A DNA stretch of 34,714 nucleotides from Candidatus Eiseniibacteriota bacterium. GTDB lineage: Bacteria; Eisenbacteria; RBG-16-71-46; SZUA-252. The stretch is from positions 1 through 34,714 of the forward strand of contig JANMQV010000129.1 of the NCBI GenBank assembly GCA_031370645.1. The letters run 5' to 3'. Below are positions 8,772-16,917 of this stretch, piece by piece (position 1 is the stretch's first letter; the number at the start of each line of letters is the position of its first letter). The notes beneath the pieces were generated by a model. The model worked only from the letters and a program-made list of their open reading frames with translations. It had not been told where the DNA came from and ran no database searches. The translations under genes were made by a program, and so were the position numbers.

Positions 8772-10110
8772 GGAAGAGGCGCGGGCGCACCTCGACCGCG
8801 TTCTCGCGATCGCCGGGTCGCGAGAGCTCGAGGCGTCGATCGGCGGCGGCGAAAACTACCTGACGCGCTTCGCCAACAACGAGATCACGCAGAACGTCGC
8901 CGAGCGCCGCCATGTTCTCTCGGTGCGCGTGGCGCAGGGGAGGCGAAGCGGGCGCGCGACGGGGAACGATTGGAGCGCCGCCGGCATCGCGCGTCTCGTG
9001 GCCCGCGCCGAGGAAGCGGCGAGGGTGGCCCCCGAATCGAACGACGCCGTGCCGCTCCTCGGTCCGCAGAGCTATCGAGAGGTGGACGCGGTCGACCCGG
9101 CGACGGCCTCGCTCGGGCCGGAGGCGCGGGCGCGCGAAGTGGGGCGCGCCGTCGCACGCACGCGCGCGGCCGGTCTCGACGGCGCGGGGATCTTCGAAAC
9201 CGGGCATGGAACGATCGGCGACTACGGCGAACTCGGCACCCTCGCGCTGGCGAACACGAAAGGGCTCTTCGCCTACCACATCGAAACGTCCGCCACGTTC
9301 AGCATGACCGCGCTCCGCGGCACCGAATCGGGGTGGGCGGCGGCGCAAAGCCACGCGGCGTCGGCCATCGACGGCGACGCGCTCGCCGCTCGCGCGGTCG
9401 ACAAGGCGCTCCGCTCCCGCGAACCGAAGACGTGGTCTCCCGGCTCCTACGACGTGGTTCTGGAAGCGGCCGCCGTCTCCGATCTTCTCTACGAATTGAA
9501 CGACACATCCTTCGGCGCCTTGGCGCTTCAGGAGGGACGATCGTTCCTGGAAGGGAAGATGGGAACCGCGGTCTTCGGGCCCGAGATCACGATTCGGGAC
9601 GATCCCTACCATCCGCTTCACCGCGGCGCCCCTTTCGACGGCGAGGGCGTACCCGCCCAGACGATCACGATCATCGACCGCGGTGTGGCGCGGAGCGTCG
9701 TGTACGATCGGCGAACCGCGGCGAAGGCGGGGCGGGAGAGCACGGGGCACGGGCTTCCGTATCCGAACTCCGCCGGGCCCGTGGCGCGCCACCTCGTGCT
9801 CGAGGGGGGCACGGCGTCGCTGGATGATTTGATCGCCGGCGTCGAGCGGGGGCTCCTCGTGACGCGCGTCTGGTACACGAACGTCGTCGATCCGAAGAGC
9901 GTGATGGTGACCGGGATGACGCGCGACGGGCTCTTCGCCATCGAACGGGGGAAGGTGACGCACGCCGTTCGCAACTTCCGCTTCAACCAAGGGGTCGTGG
10001 AATCGCTCCAACGGGTAGACGGCATGACCCCCACGGAGCGGGCCGGGGGAGTCGTCTGCCCGGCGCTCCGGGTCCGGGGCTTCCGGATGTCGAGCGTCAC
10101 GGAATTTTGA
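8764..10110 (+). CDS. TldD/PmbA family protein, non-catalytic TldE-like subunit
   Basis: TRFANNEITQN, PFDGEG, STGH, TGMTRDG, NFRFN. No HExxxH motif. Overlaps the tldD stop by 8 nt. Confidence 0.88.
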   Translation: MRREEARAHLDRVLAIAGSRELEASIGGGENYLTRFANNEITQNVAERRHVLSVRVAQGRRSGRATGNDWSAAGIARLVARAEEAARVAPESNDAVPLLGPQSYREVDAVDPATASLGPEARAREVGRAVARTRAAGLDGAGIFETGHGTIGDYGELGTLALANTKGLFAYHIETSATFSMTALRGTESGWAAAQSHAASAIDGDALAARAVDKALRSREPKTWSPGSYDVVLEAAAVSDLLYELNDTSFGALALQEGRSFLEGKMGTAVFGPEITIRDDPYHPLHRGAPFDGEGVPAQTITIIDRGVARSVVYDRRTAAKAGRESTGHGLPYPNSAGPVARHLVLEGGTASLDDLIAGVERGLLVTRVWYTNVVDPKSVMVTGMTRDGLFAIERGKVTHAVRNFRFNQGVVESLQRVDGMTPTERAGGVVCPALRVRGFRMSSVTEF

Positions 10111-10140
10111 CCCTCTGGAGGCGAAACCGTGAAAAAGGGC

Positions 10141-10168
10141 TTGCGGATCGCGTTGAACGGGCTATAAT
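10141..10168 (+). promoter_or_regulatory. Putative sigma70 promoter TTGCGG-N16-TATAAT for the TonB receptor cassette
   Basis: Perfect TATAAT at 10163-10168 in GC-rich DNA, TTGCGG at 10141-10146, and an A-tract just upstream. Confidence 0.6.
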
Positions 10169-10408
10169 TCGGCGTTAGAAGCGCTTCTCGGCCCACCAGC
10201 GCTTCGAACCGTGTCCCCCACTGGTTCGAGTAAGTCGTCCCCCCATTCCTTGCTGTTTTCCGCGTGTCCGACGCTCTGTTCGCCGTGAGCGCGGAGTGCC
10301 ACAACCAGGGTTGGTTCAAGGATTTGCCTTGACGGAAGACCGTGCCGCTGACCTAAAATCAGCCACTTCGTCATGTCAGTACCAGACCGGAAAGGAGCGC
10401 ACCACCGT

Positions 10409-13132
10409 ATGCCGAGCTTGCCGTTTCGACTCCGCGGCGGGTTCTCCCTTCGCGCCCCCCGTCTGCGAGTAGCGTTGATGCTGCTACTCTCGCTGGCGGT
10501 TGTCGCGGTTGCGGGCATCGCCCAAGCGCAGACAGGTACCATCCAGGGTAAGGTTACGGACCAGAGCGGCATGCCGCTCCCGGGCGTGAGCGTCATTCTC
10601 GTCGGCGCTCAGACCGGTGGAATCACGAACGCGGCGGGCGAGTATAAGATCGTCCGCGTCTCCGTCGGCAGCTACACGCTGCGGGCGATGATTCCGAGCC
10701 ATGAGCGTATCGACAAGCAGGTCCGCGTCGATGCGAACCGCACCACGGATATCGGATTCTCGCTCCCCGAGAAAGTCACGAAGATCAAGGGGATCACGGT
10801 CACCGGCGAACTGAAACTCCGCGTCACGAAAACGGCTTCCACGAAGCAGGTCGTGACGAGCGAAGACTTGCGGTCGCTCCCGGTCGATTCGTACAAGGAC
10901 GCCATCGGCCTCAAGGCTGGCGTCATCAGCCAGGGCGGCGATCTTCACTTCCGCGGCGGCCGCGCCAACGAAGTGCTCACGATCGTGAACGGCATCCCGA
11001 GCCGCAATCCGCTTTCGGCGGAAGGCGTCGATCTCGGGCTTCTCGCCGTTTCATCGAGCGAGCAGGTGCTAGGCGGTCTCGACGCCCAGTACGGCAACGC
11101 GCTCTCCGGCGTCATCAATCTCACGACGCGCGAAGGTGGCGACAAGCTGGCGGGCGAAGTGCGCTATTTCACGGATCGCTACGGCGAGTCCGATAAGGCC
11201 TTCAACAACTACGAGCGGGTGAGCCTCGGCGTCGGCGGCCCCTTCCTCTTCCCGAAGACGAACTACTTCATCTCGATGGAAGGGACGTTCAGCGACACCT
11301 ACCTCAAGAACACCTCCGACCGGAAGGAGCACCGGCTCCTCGACTTCATCCGGATCGGGAACCGCCAGTCGAACCAGACCAGCATCTCCAGCAAGCTCAC
11401 CTACAAGGTCACGCCGAACGCGAAGCTCAACACCGAGCTCATCCTGAACCGGAGCTCGAAGAGCCCGTTCCACAATCGTTGGAACCGGAAGGGCTTCGTG
11501 CAGGTCCGTTACGACTCCACGTCGCCCACGGACGGCTCGATCGCCCAGCGGTACGGCACGTGGGCCTATTACCAGGTCGATCCTTCCTTCCAGCCGAGCA
11601 ACACGGCGCAGCACCTTCCGGTCACCGACGAGGATTACACGCAGCTCGCCGTCACCTGGCGCCAGACGCTCTCGCCCGGAACGATCTACAACCTGCGCGC
11701 GTCGCGGCAGTCATGGCAGAGCACCGAGGACGTGCTCGACCGGCAGCTCTGGGAGTACCAACAGACGCCCGGCAATTACTACGATCCGTTCAACCGGATC
11801 GACGGGCTCTACTACGTGACGAACGGCGACTACCCGACCTACGAGAAGCGAACGACGACGACCTACTCGATGAACGGCGATCTCGCGAAGAAGATCGGCA
11901 CCCACAACATGATGGTGGGCGGCGACCTCTCGTATAACTCTCTGCAGTCGCTGAACACCGACTTTCCAAACGTGCTCGACACGAACGGCAATTACGGTGG
12001 AACGCGCGACGACTTCCGATTCTTCAATCCGGAAGGCTCCGCGTTCGCGCAGGACCGGTGGGAGTACGAAGGGATGGTCCTGAACGCCGGTCTTCGCTAC
12101 GACAACTTTTCGGTGGGGAACCAGATTCCGAACTCGGAGGTCACCGACCGCGTGAAGACGCAATGGAGCCCGCGCGTCGGCATTGCGTATCCGATCTCCG
12201 ATCGAGACGTCATGAGCTTCCACTACGGCCGCCTCTTCCAGGTGCCGGAGCGGCTCTTCATCTACCAGGGGCGGAACGTCTCGGCGCAGGCGCGCGGGAA
12301 TCCGAACCTCGAGCCGCAGACGACCATTTCCTACCAGCTGGGCGTCCAGCATCTCTTCAGCAAGGAGATATACGGACAGTTCGGCGTCTACTTCAAAGAC
12401 ATCTTCGGTCTCCTCACGACCGTCGATCAGCAGATACCTGGGTTCGCGCTGACGGTGCCGACGTACGTGAACGGCGACTACGCCTCCTCGCGTGGCATCG
12501 AGCTTACCCTCATCAAGAAGCACAGCCACGGCTTCTCCGGCGAATTGAATTACACGTACGGAAACGCCACCGGCACCGCGTCGGATCCGAACCGCGCCCT
12601 CGCGCAGTCGGGCACCCTCCGCGACCAGTTCAAACCGACTTCCGAGCAGCCGCTCGACTGGGATCAGCGCCACTCGTTCTCCGCGTCGCTCCGTCTCGGC
12701 AACGAGAAGGACTGGGCAGCTTCATTCGTCTACCAGTTCGGAACCGGATTCCCGTATACGCGTCAGGAGCGCCAGCAGCGCCAGCAGGACCCGACGGAGG
12801 TGAACGCGTCGCGTCTCCCTTCGACGTCGACGCTTTCCTGCCAGGCCGAGCGCTTCTTCCAGGTTTGGGGCCAGAACGTGACGTTCTACCTCCAGGGAAC
12901 GAACCTACTCGACGCGAAGAACATCAGCGACATCCAGCCGTCGCTCTGGCCCGACAACCAGATCGGCGGATCGCCGTACAAGATCTACTATTCGGAGACG
13001 GGCCGCGCCGGCGGCGCCTTCCTGACCGCTGACCAAGACGGCGATGGCCGAGAGGATTGGTATCCCGTGAACGATCCTCGCGTGTTCCAGGCTGGAAGGG
13101 TCATTCGGGTCGGCTTGGGGGTCCAGTTCTGA
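10409..13132 (+). CDS. TonB-dependent outer-membrane receptor with N-terminal carboxypeptidase-regulatory-like domain
   Basis: AAAGGAG at 10391-10397 precedes ATG 10409 (10373 is an alternative start). Signal peptide AQA-Q, TGTIQGKVTD, plug motifs HFRGGRANEV and GGLDAQYGNALSGVINLTTREG, barrel motifs NAGLRYD, SPRVGIAYP, GNPNLEPQ, and a C-terminal Phe. Confidence 0.93.
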   Translation: MPSLPFRLRGGFSLRAPRLRVALMLLLSLAVVAVAGIAQAQTGTIQGKVTDQSGMPLPGVSVILVGAQTGGITNAAGEYKIVRVSVGSYTLRAMIPSHERIDKQVRVDANRTTDIGFSLPEKVTKIKGITVTGELKLRVTKTASTKQVVTSEDLRSLPVDSYKDAIGLKAGVISQGGDLHFRGGRANEVLTIVNGIPSRNPLSAEGVDLGLLAVSSSEQVLGGLDAQYGNALSGVINLTTREGGDKLAGEVRYFTDRYGESDKAFNNYERVSLGVGGPFLFPKTNYFISMEGTFSDTYLKNTSDRKEHRLLDFIRIGNRQSNQTSISSKLTYKVTPNAKLNTELILNRSSKSPFHNRWNRKGFVQVRYDSTSPTDGSIAQRYGTWAYYQVDPSFQPSNTAQHLPVTDEDYTQLAVTWRQTLSPGTIYNLRASRQSWQSTEDVLDRQLWEYQQTPGNYYDPFNRIDGLYYVTNGDYPTYEKRTTTTYSMNGDLAKKIGTHNMMVGGDLSYNSLQSLNTDFPNVLDTNGNYGGTRDDFRFFNPEGSAFAQDRWEYEGMVLNAGLRYDNFSVGNQIPNSEVTDRVKTQWSPRVGIAYPISDRDVMSFHYGRLFQVPERLFIYQGRNVSAQARGNPNLEPQTTISYQLGVQHLFSKEIYGQFGVYFKDIFGLLTTVDQQIPGFALTVPTYVNGDYASSRGIELTLIKKHSHGFSGELNYTYGNATGTASDPNRALAQSGTLRDQFKPTSEQPLDWDQRHSFSASLRLGNEKDWAASFVYQFGTGFPYTRQERQQRQQDPTEVNASRLPSTSTLSCQAERFFQVWGQNVTFYLQGTNLLDAKNISDIQPSLWPDNQIGGSPYKIYYSETGRAGGAFLTADQDGDGREDWYPVNDPRVFQAGRVIRVGLGVQF

Positions 13133-15915
13133 TGCGAATTCACTCCGAGCGTCACGGCAGCGCGGATTCGCCCGGGTCTCGAACCCGGCGGCTGGGCGCC
13201 GCGGCTCGATTCCTCGGCGCGGTCGCCACGACGGCCATCCTTTACCTGGGAGTATGCGGCTTCCACGATCCCGTGGGCGTGTCGCAGGACGATCCCCGGA
13301 ACCAGCACAATCTCTTCCGGCTCGACGGCAAGTTCGTGCACAACGTCGGGCGGCTGCAGCTTCAGATCACGAACATCGGTGAGACGGGGAATCAGGACAA
13401 CCCGCGCCGCACGACCGTCCCTTCGGCCGAGTGGCCGCAAGGCTCGGGGGCCGATTATTTGTACGCAGCCGGCCTCTGGATCGGGGCGCTCGACGCGAGC
13501 GGCATTCCCCACGTCACGACCGCGACCTACGAGCGCGAATTCTCTCCCGAGATTTCACCCGAAAACGTCTGCGTCAATCTTCCGATCGATCAGGTGGCCG
13601 ACGTGCGGGAGGCCTACGAAGGCATCCCGAACGGAAGCCGCGTCATCTCCGCGAGCGTCGATCCCGACGACGACGGGGACGGACTCGTCGACGAGGACTT
13701 CCTGAACGGCAAGGACGACGACGGCGACGGTCTCTGCGACGAAGACTACTCGGCCATCGGGCAGCAGATGCTCGCCACCGAGTACTACGACAACATTCCG
13801 CAGACGAGGCAGCAGTTTCCGGAGCACGTGCCGCTCGGGCTCCGAGTGAGGCAGACGTCCTATAGCTGGGCGACGCCGGGTCAGAACGACTTCGTCGGTA
13901 TGGACTACGCCATCAAGAACATCAGCGGGCGGACGATCCGGAACGTCATGGTCGGCATCTTCGCCGACTTGGATATCGGAAACCGCGCCGTGCCGGGCTA
14001 CTTCCTCGACGATGAAGTCGGGCTCATCAATCGCGACATCGAGTACATTGGCGCCAGCGGCGAGACGGTCCGCCGGAAGCTCCAGATGGGGTACGGCTAC
14101 GACAACCCCGACAACCCGAACGCCCCGCAGGAGAACAAGGGCGGCGACGTGCCGGGCTACATCGGGATGATGTTCTTGAACCACACGACCGACCCGAGCG
14201 GCATTCTGGCGCCGCGCACCGTCGGGATCACGGCCTTCAAGTTCTTCTCGGGCTCGGGCGCGCCGTTCGCGGCGGGCGGCGACCCAGAGAACGACGCCCA
14301 GCGCTATCAGTTGATGACGGACCCGACGCTCAATCCGGCGACGGTCGGCGAGATTCACTCGAGCCGTCCGCTCGACTATCGCGTCGTGCTGGCGACCGGA
14401 CCGTTTCGGTCGCTCCTCCCGGAATCGACCCTGACGATCTCGGTCGGCTGGGTGATGGGTCTGGGGCTGGGACAGGGAAATAGCATCGGCGCGGGCGGGA
14501 CGCTCATTGAAAACGCGATTGCGGCCCAGCAGGTGTTCGACGGTCTCTACACCGACTTCGACGGCAGCACGACCACGGGGCAGTGCGGTAAGGAAACCTG
14601 CCTCCGCTCGCCAAGCGGCGCCACGTTCGTCTACCAAATCCCCGAATCGTCCGTCTGTCGCGTCCGGTTCTGGTCGACCATTCCGGCGGGCGAAGGTTTC
14701 GAGCGTTACGCGGGGCTCACGGCCTGGGATCCCCTCCAACCGTGCGAGGCCCAACAGCAGGGCAAGTTCGTTTGCACCGACCCGCCGAGTTCGCCGGGCG
14801 GCCCGTCGAGCAGCCATTGCGCCAGCGCCGACACACTCGCGCTTCCGGTCGGCAACGATTGCGTCTACGTCGACTTCGACTGCAACGTGAATACAGGGCA
14901 AGGAGGGCGAGAACGTCTCGTGAACTGGGTCGCGGCGGCGCCGCTGCCGGCTCCGGTCTTCCTGGGTCAGGATGGTCACTCCGAGCCGAGCGACTTCCTC
15001 CAGCTCTACCGCACCGGAAGAGATTCGGCGCGTGTTTCCGCCTGGTTCTTCCCCGGGGATCGCAAAGTCACGCTCAAATGGAATAACTTCGCCGAACTGG
15101 TGCGCGACGCCCAGCGAGGCAATTTGAAGGAGTTCGTCGGCTATCGCATCTACAAGGCGTCCGGGTGGGAACGCCCGCTCGGAACGAACGGGCCGTCGCG
15201 GGACCTCTGGTCGCTCCTCGGCGAATGGCGCATCGACCCGAAGAACACCCCGGCGAGACCGCTCTCCGAGCTGATCGACCCGGCGGCTCCAATCGTGTTC
15301 CGAGAGGACATCGAGGTACGCTGGAATCCGGTCAACAGAAACGTCTTCGCCGATTCCTCGTACACCGAGACCGACACCCTCTTTGCGGTGGGTCGGTATA
15401 GTTTCGTCGACGAGAACGTGCTGAACGGGTTCCCCTATTTCTACTCTATCGTGCCCGTTTCGATCGTGCCGGGGACGACGCCGGACCAGGACGTCGTGCT
15501 GACGTCGAACCCGAGCGCCCAGAACGGGCAAGCCGTCTATCCCCGCGGCGACGCGCAGGACACGCAGAAGAACGTGTTCGTGGTCCCGAATCCCTACCGC
15601 GGTCGAGCCGAGTGGGATCTCGTCCCACGAGCGGAGGACCCCTCCGGCACCAAGGTCACGTTCATGAATCTGCCGCTCGTGAAGGGCACGATTCACGTCT
15701 ATTCCCTTTCCGGCGACCTCGTGCGGGACATCCCGTTCGACGGCCGGCCGCCAGCGGACTTGCAGTACGGCAAGGATCCCGTGGCGGCGGCAACCGGATC
15801 GATTTCCTGGAATTTGATCTCGCGTAACGGGCAGCGAATCGTGAGCGGGATCTACCTCTACTCCGTTGATACGGAGCTAGGGCGGGAGATCGGCAAATTC
15901 GTCATCATCCGATGA
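13132..15915 (+). CDS. Large secreted/surface protein with DxDGDG Ca-binding loops, Cys-rich insert and T9SS type-A-like CTD
   Basis: ATG overlaps the receptor stop (TGATG). Hydrophobic N-terminal segment, HNVGRLQLQITNIG, SAEWPQGSG.DYLYAAGLWIGA, DDDGDGLVDED and DDDGDGLCDED. C-terminus VVPNPY...WNLISRNGQRIVSGIYLYSV...GKFVIIR. Confidence 0.85.
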   Translation: MRIHSERHGSADSPGSRTRRLGAAARFLGAVATTAILYLGVCGFHDPVGVSQDDPRNQHNLFRLDGKFVHNVGRLQLQITNIGETGNQDNPRRTTVPSAEWPQGSGADYLYAAGLWIGALDASGIPHVTTATYEREFSPEISPENVCVNLPIDQVADVREAYEGIPNGSRVISASVDPDDDGDGLVDEDFLNGKDDDGDGLCDEDYSAIGQQMLATEYYDNIPQTRQQFPEHVPLGLRVRQTSYSWATPGQNDFVGMDYAIKNISGRTIRNVMVGIFADLDIGNRAVPGYFLDDEVGLINRDIEYIGASGETVRRKLQMGYGYDNPDNPNAPQENKGGDVPGYIGMMFLNHTTDPSGILAPRTVGITAFKFFSGSGAPFAAGGDPENDAQRYQLMTDPTLNPATVGEIHSSRPLDYRVVLATGPFRSLLPESTLTISVGWVMGLGLGQGNSIGAGGTLIENAIAAQQVFDGLYTDFDGSTTTGQCGKETCLRSPSGATFVYQIPESSVCRVRFWSTIPAGEGFERYAGLTAWDPLQPCEAQQQGKFVCTDPPSSPGGPSSSHCASADTLALPVGNDCVYVDFDCNVNTGQGGRERLVNWVAAAPLPAPVFLGQDGHSEPSDFLQLYRTGRDSARVSAWFFPGDRKVTLKWNNFAELVRDAQRGNLKEFVGYRIYKASGWERPLGTNGPSRDLWSLLGEWRIDPKNTPARPLSELIDPAAPIVFREDIEVRWNPVNRNVFADSSYTETDTLFAVGRYSFVDENVLNGFPYFYSIVPVSIVPGTTPDQDVVLTSNPSAQNGQAVYPRGDAQDTQKNVFVVPNPYRGRAEWDLVPRAEDPSGTKVTFMNLPLVKGTIHVYSLSGDLVRDIPFDGRPPADLQYGKDPVAAATGSISWNLISRNGQRIVSGIYLYSVDTELGREIGKFVIIR

Positions 15916-15965
15916 GACCGGCCGGAGCGACCCGTCGTTCCACGGGCCAAGCGAGGAGGATTTTC

Positions 15966-16904
15966 GTGAGAATCGCGATCGCCATCTTCATGGTTCTGTT
16001 GCTCCCGCTCCAGGCAATGGGGGCGCAGATCTTCGAAAAGGTCGGCACGCTGGGGGGCCAGTCGCTGAAGATCGGCGTCGGAGCCCGGGCGGCCGCCATG
16101 GGGGACGCCTACGTCGCGATCGCCGACGATGCCACCGCCGTCTATTGGAATCCGGCCGGCATCGCCCGTCTCTCGGGGCAGTCGATCAGCATCAACCACA
16201 CGGCGTGGCCGGCGGATATTCTCTTCGACCAGGCGGCCTACGTCTTCAACGTGAAGTGGATCCCGGGCATGATCGGGGTGAACGTCCGCGCGCTCACGAT
16301 GAGTCGCGACAAGGTGCGGACGACCTATCTGCCGGACGGCACGGGGGAAACATTCGACGCCGGCGAATGGGCCTACGGGCTCACGTACGCTCGGTCGCTC
16401 ACCGACAAGTTCTCGGCGGGGCTGAGCGTCAATTACATTCAGACCGGCCTCGACGACGTGACGGGGAAGTCGACGACGTTCGACTTCGGCACGCTCTACG
16501 ATGTCGGGATTCTCGGCGCGAAAATCGGAATGTCGATCCAGAACATCGGCAGCGACATGAAGTTCCTCGACGAGACGGTGAAAATGCCGGTCTTCTTCCG
16601 CGTGGGCGGCTCGTTCAGCCTCTTGCAGCGTGGCGAGAGCCGGCTCCTCACGTCGGCCGAGTTCACGCATCCTCCGGACAATTCCGAAAAACTGAATTTG
16701 GGCGCGGAGTACGCGTTCCACGACTACCTGTTCCTTCGGGGCGGGTACAAGATGAACTACGACACCGAGGGGCTGACGGCGGGATTCGGCGTGAAGTTTC
16801 CGCTCACGCTGGTCAAGTCGTCCGTCGCGCGTCTCGACTATGCCTACAGCGATCTGAAGTTTCTGTCGCAGGCGCATCGGGTGTCCGTAAACGTCAGCTT
16901 CTAG
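15966..16904 (+). CDS. PorV/PorQ family outer-membrane beta-barrel
   Basis: GAGGAGG precedes GTG 15966 (ATG 15912 is an alternative). Signal peptide, then LKIGVGARAAAMGDAYVAIADDATAVYWNPAG, LGAEY, LRGGY, LDYAY, HRVSVNVSF. About 312 aa. Confidence 0.85.
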   Translation: MRIAIAIFMVLLLPLQAMGAQIFEKVGTLGGQSLKIGVGARAAAMGDAYVAIADDATAVYWNPAGIARLSGQSISINHTAWPADILFDQAAYVFNVKWIPGMIGVNVRALTMSRDKVRTTYLPDGTGETFDAGEWAYGLTYARSLTDKFSAGLSVNYIQTGLDDVTGKSTTFDFGTLYDVGILGAKIGMSIQNIGSDMKFLDETVKMPVFFRVGGSFSLLQRGESRLLTSAEFTHPPDNSEKLNLGAEYAFHDYLFLRGGYKMNYDTEGLTAGFGVKFPLTLVKSSVARLDYAYSDLKFLSQAHRVSVNVSF

Positions 16905-16917
16905 GCGGCGGGACCTC

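Noticed and set aside
10169-10408. Cobalamin/TPP riboswitch or tRNA remnant (GGTTCGAG, GGTTCAAG) in the TonB leader
   Set aside because: I could not find the conserved riboswitch boxes or build a cloverleaf. Kept only as an unknown structured leader.
7323-10408. RiPP cluster around tldD/tldE
   Set aside because: No precursor peptide, YcaO, radical SAM enzyme or exporter nearby.
13555-15696. 713-aa minus-strand ORF and the many other long overlapping ORFs (e.g. 7284..8714, 8665..10011, 20498..21883, 28138..29763, 31425..32963)
   Set aside because: Alternate-frame or antisense ORFs expected in high-GC DNA. They are Arg/Pro/Ala-rich or codon-mirror translations with no recognisable motifs.
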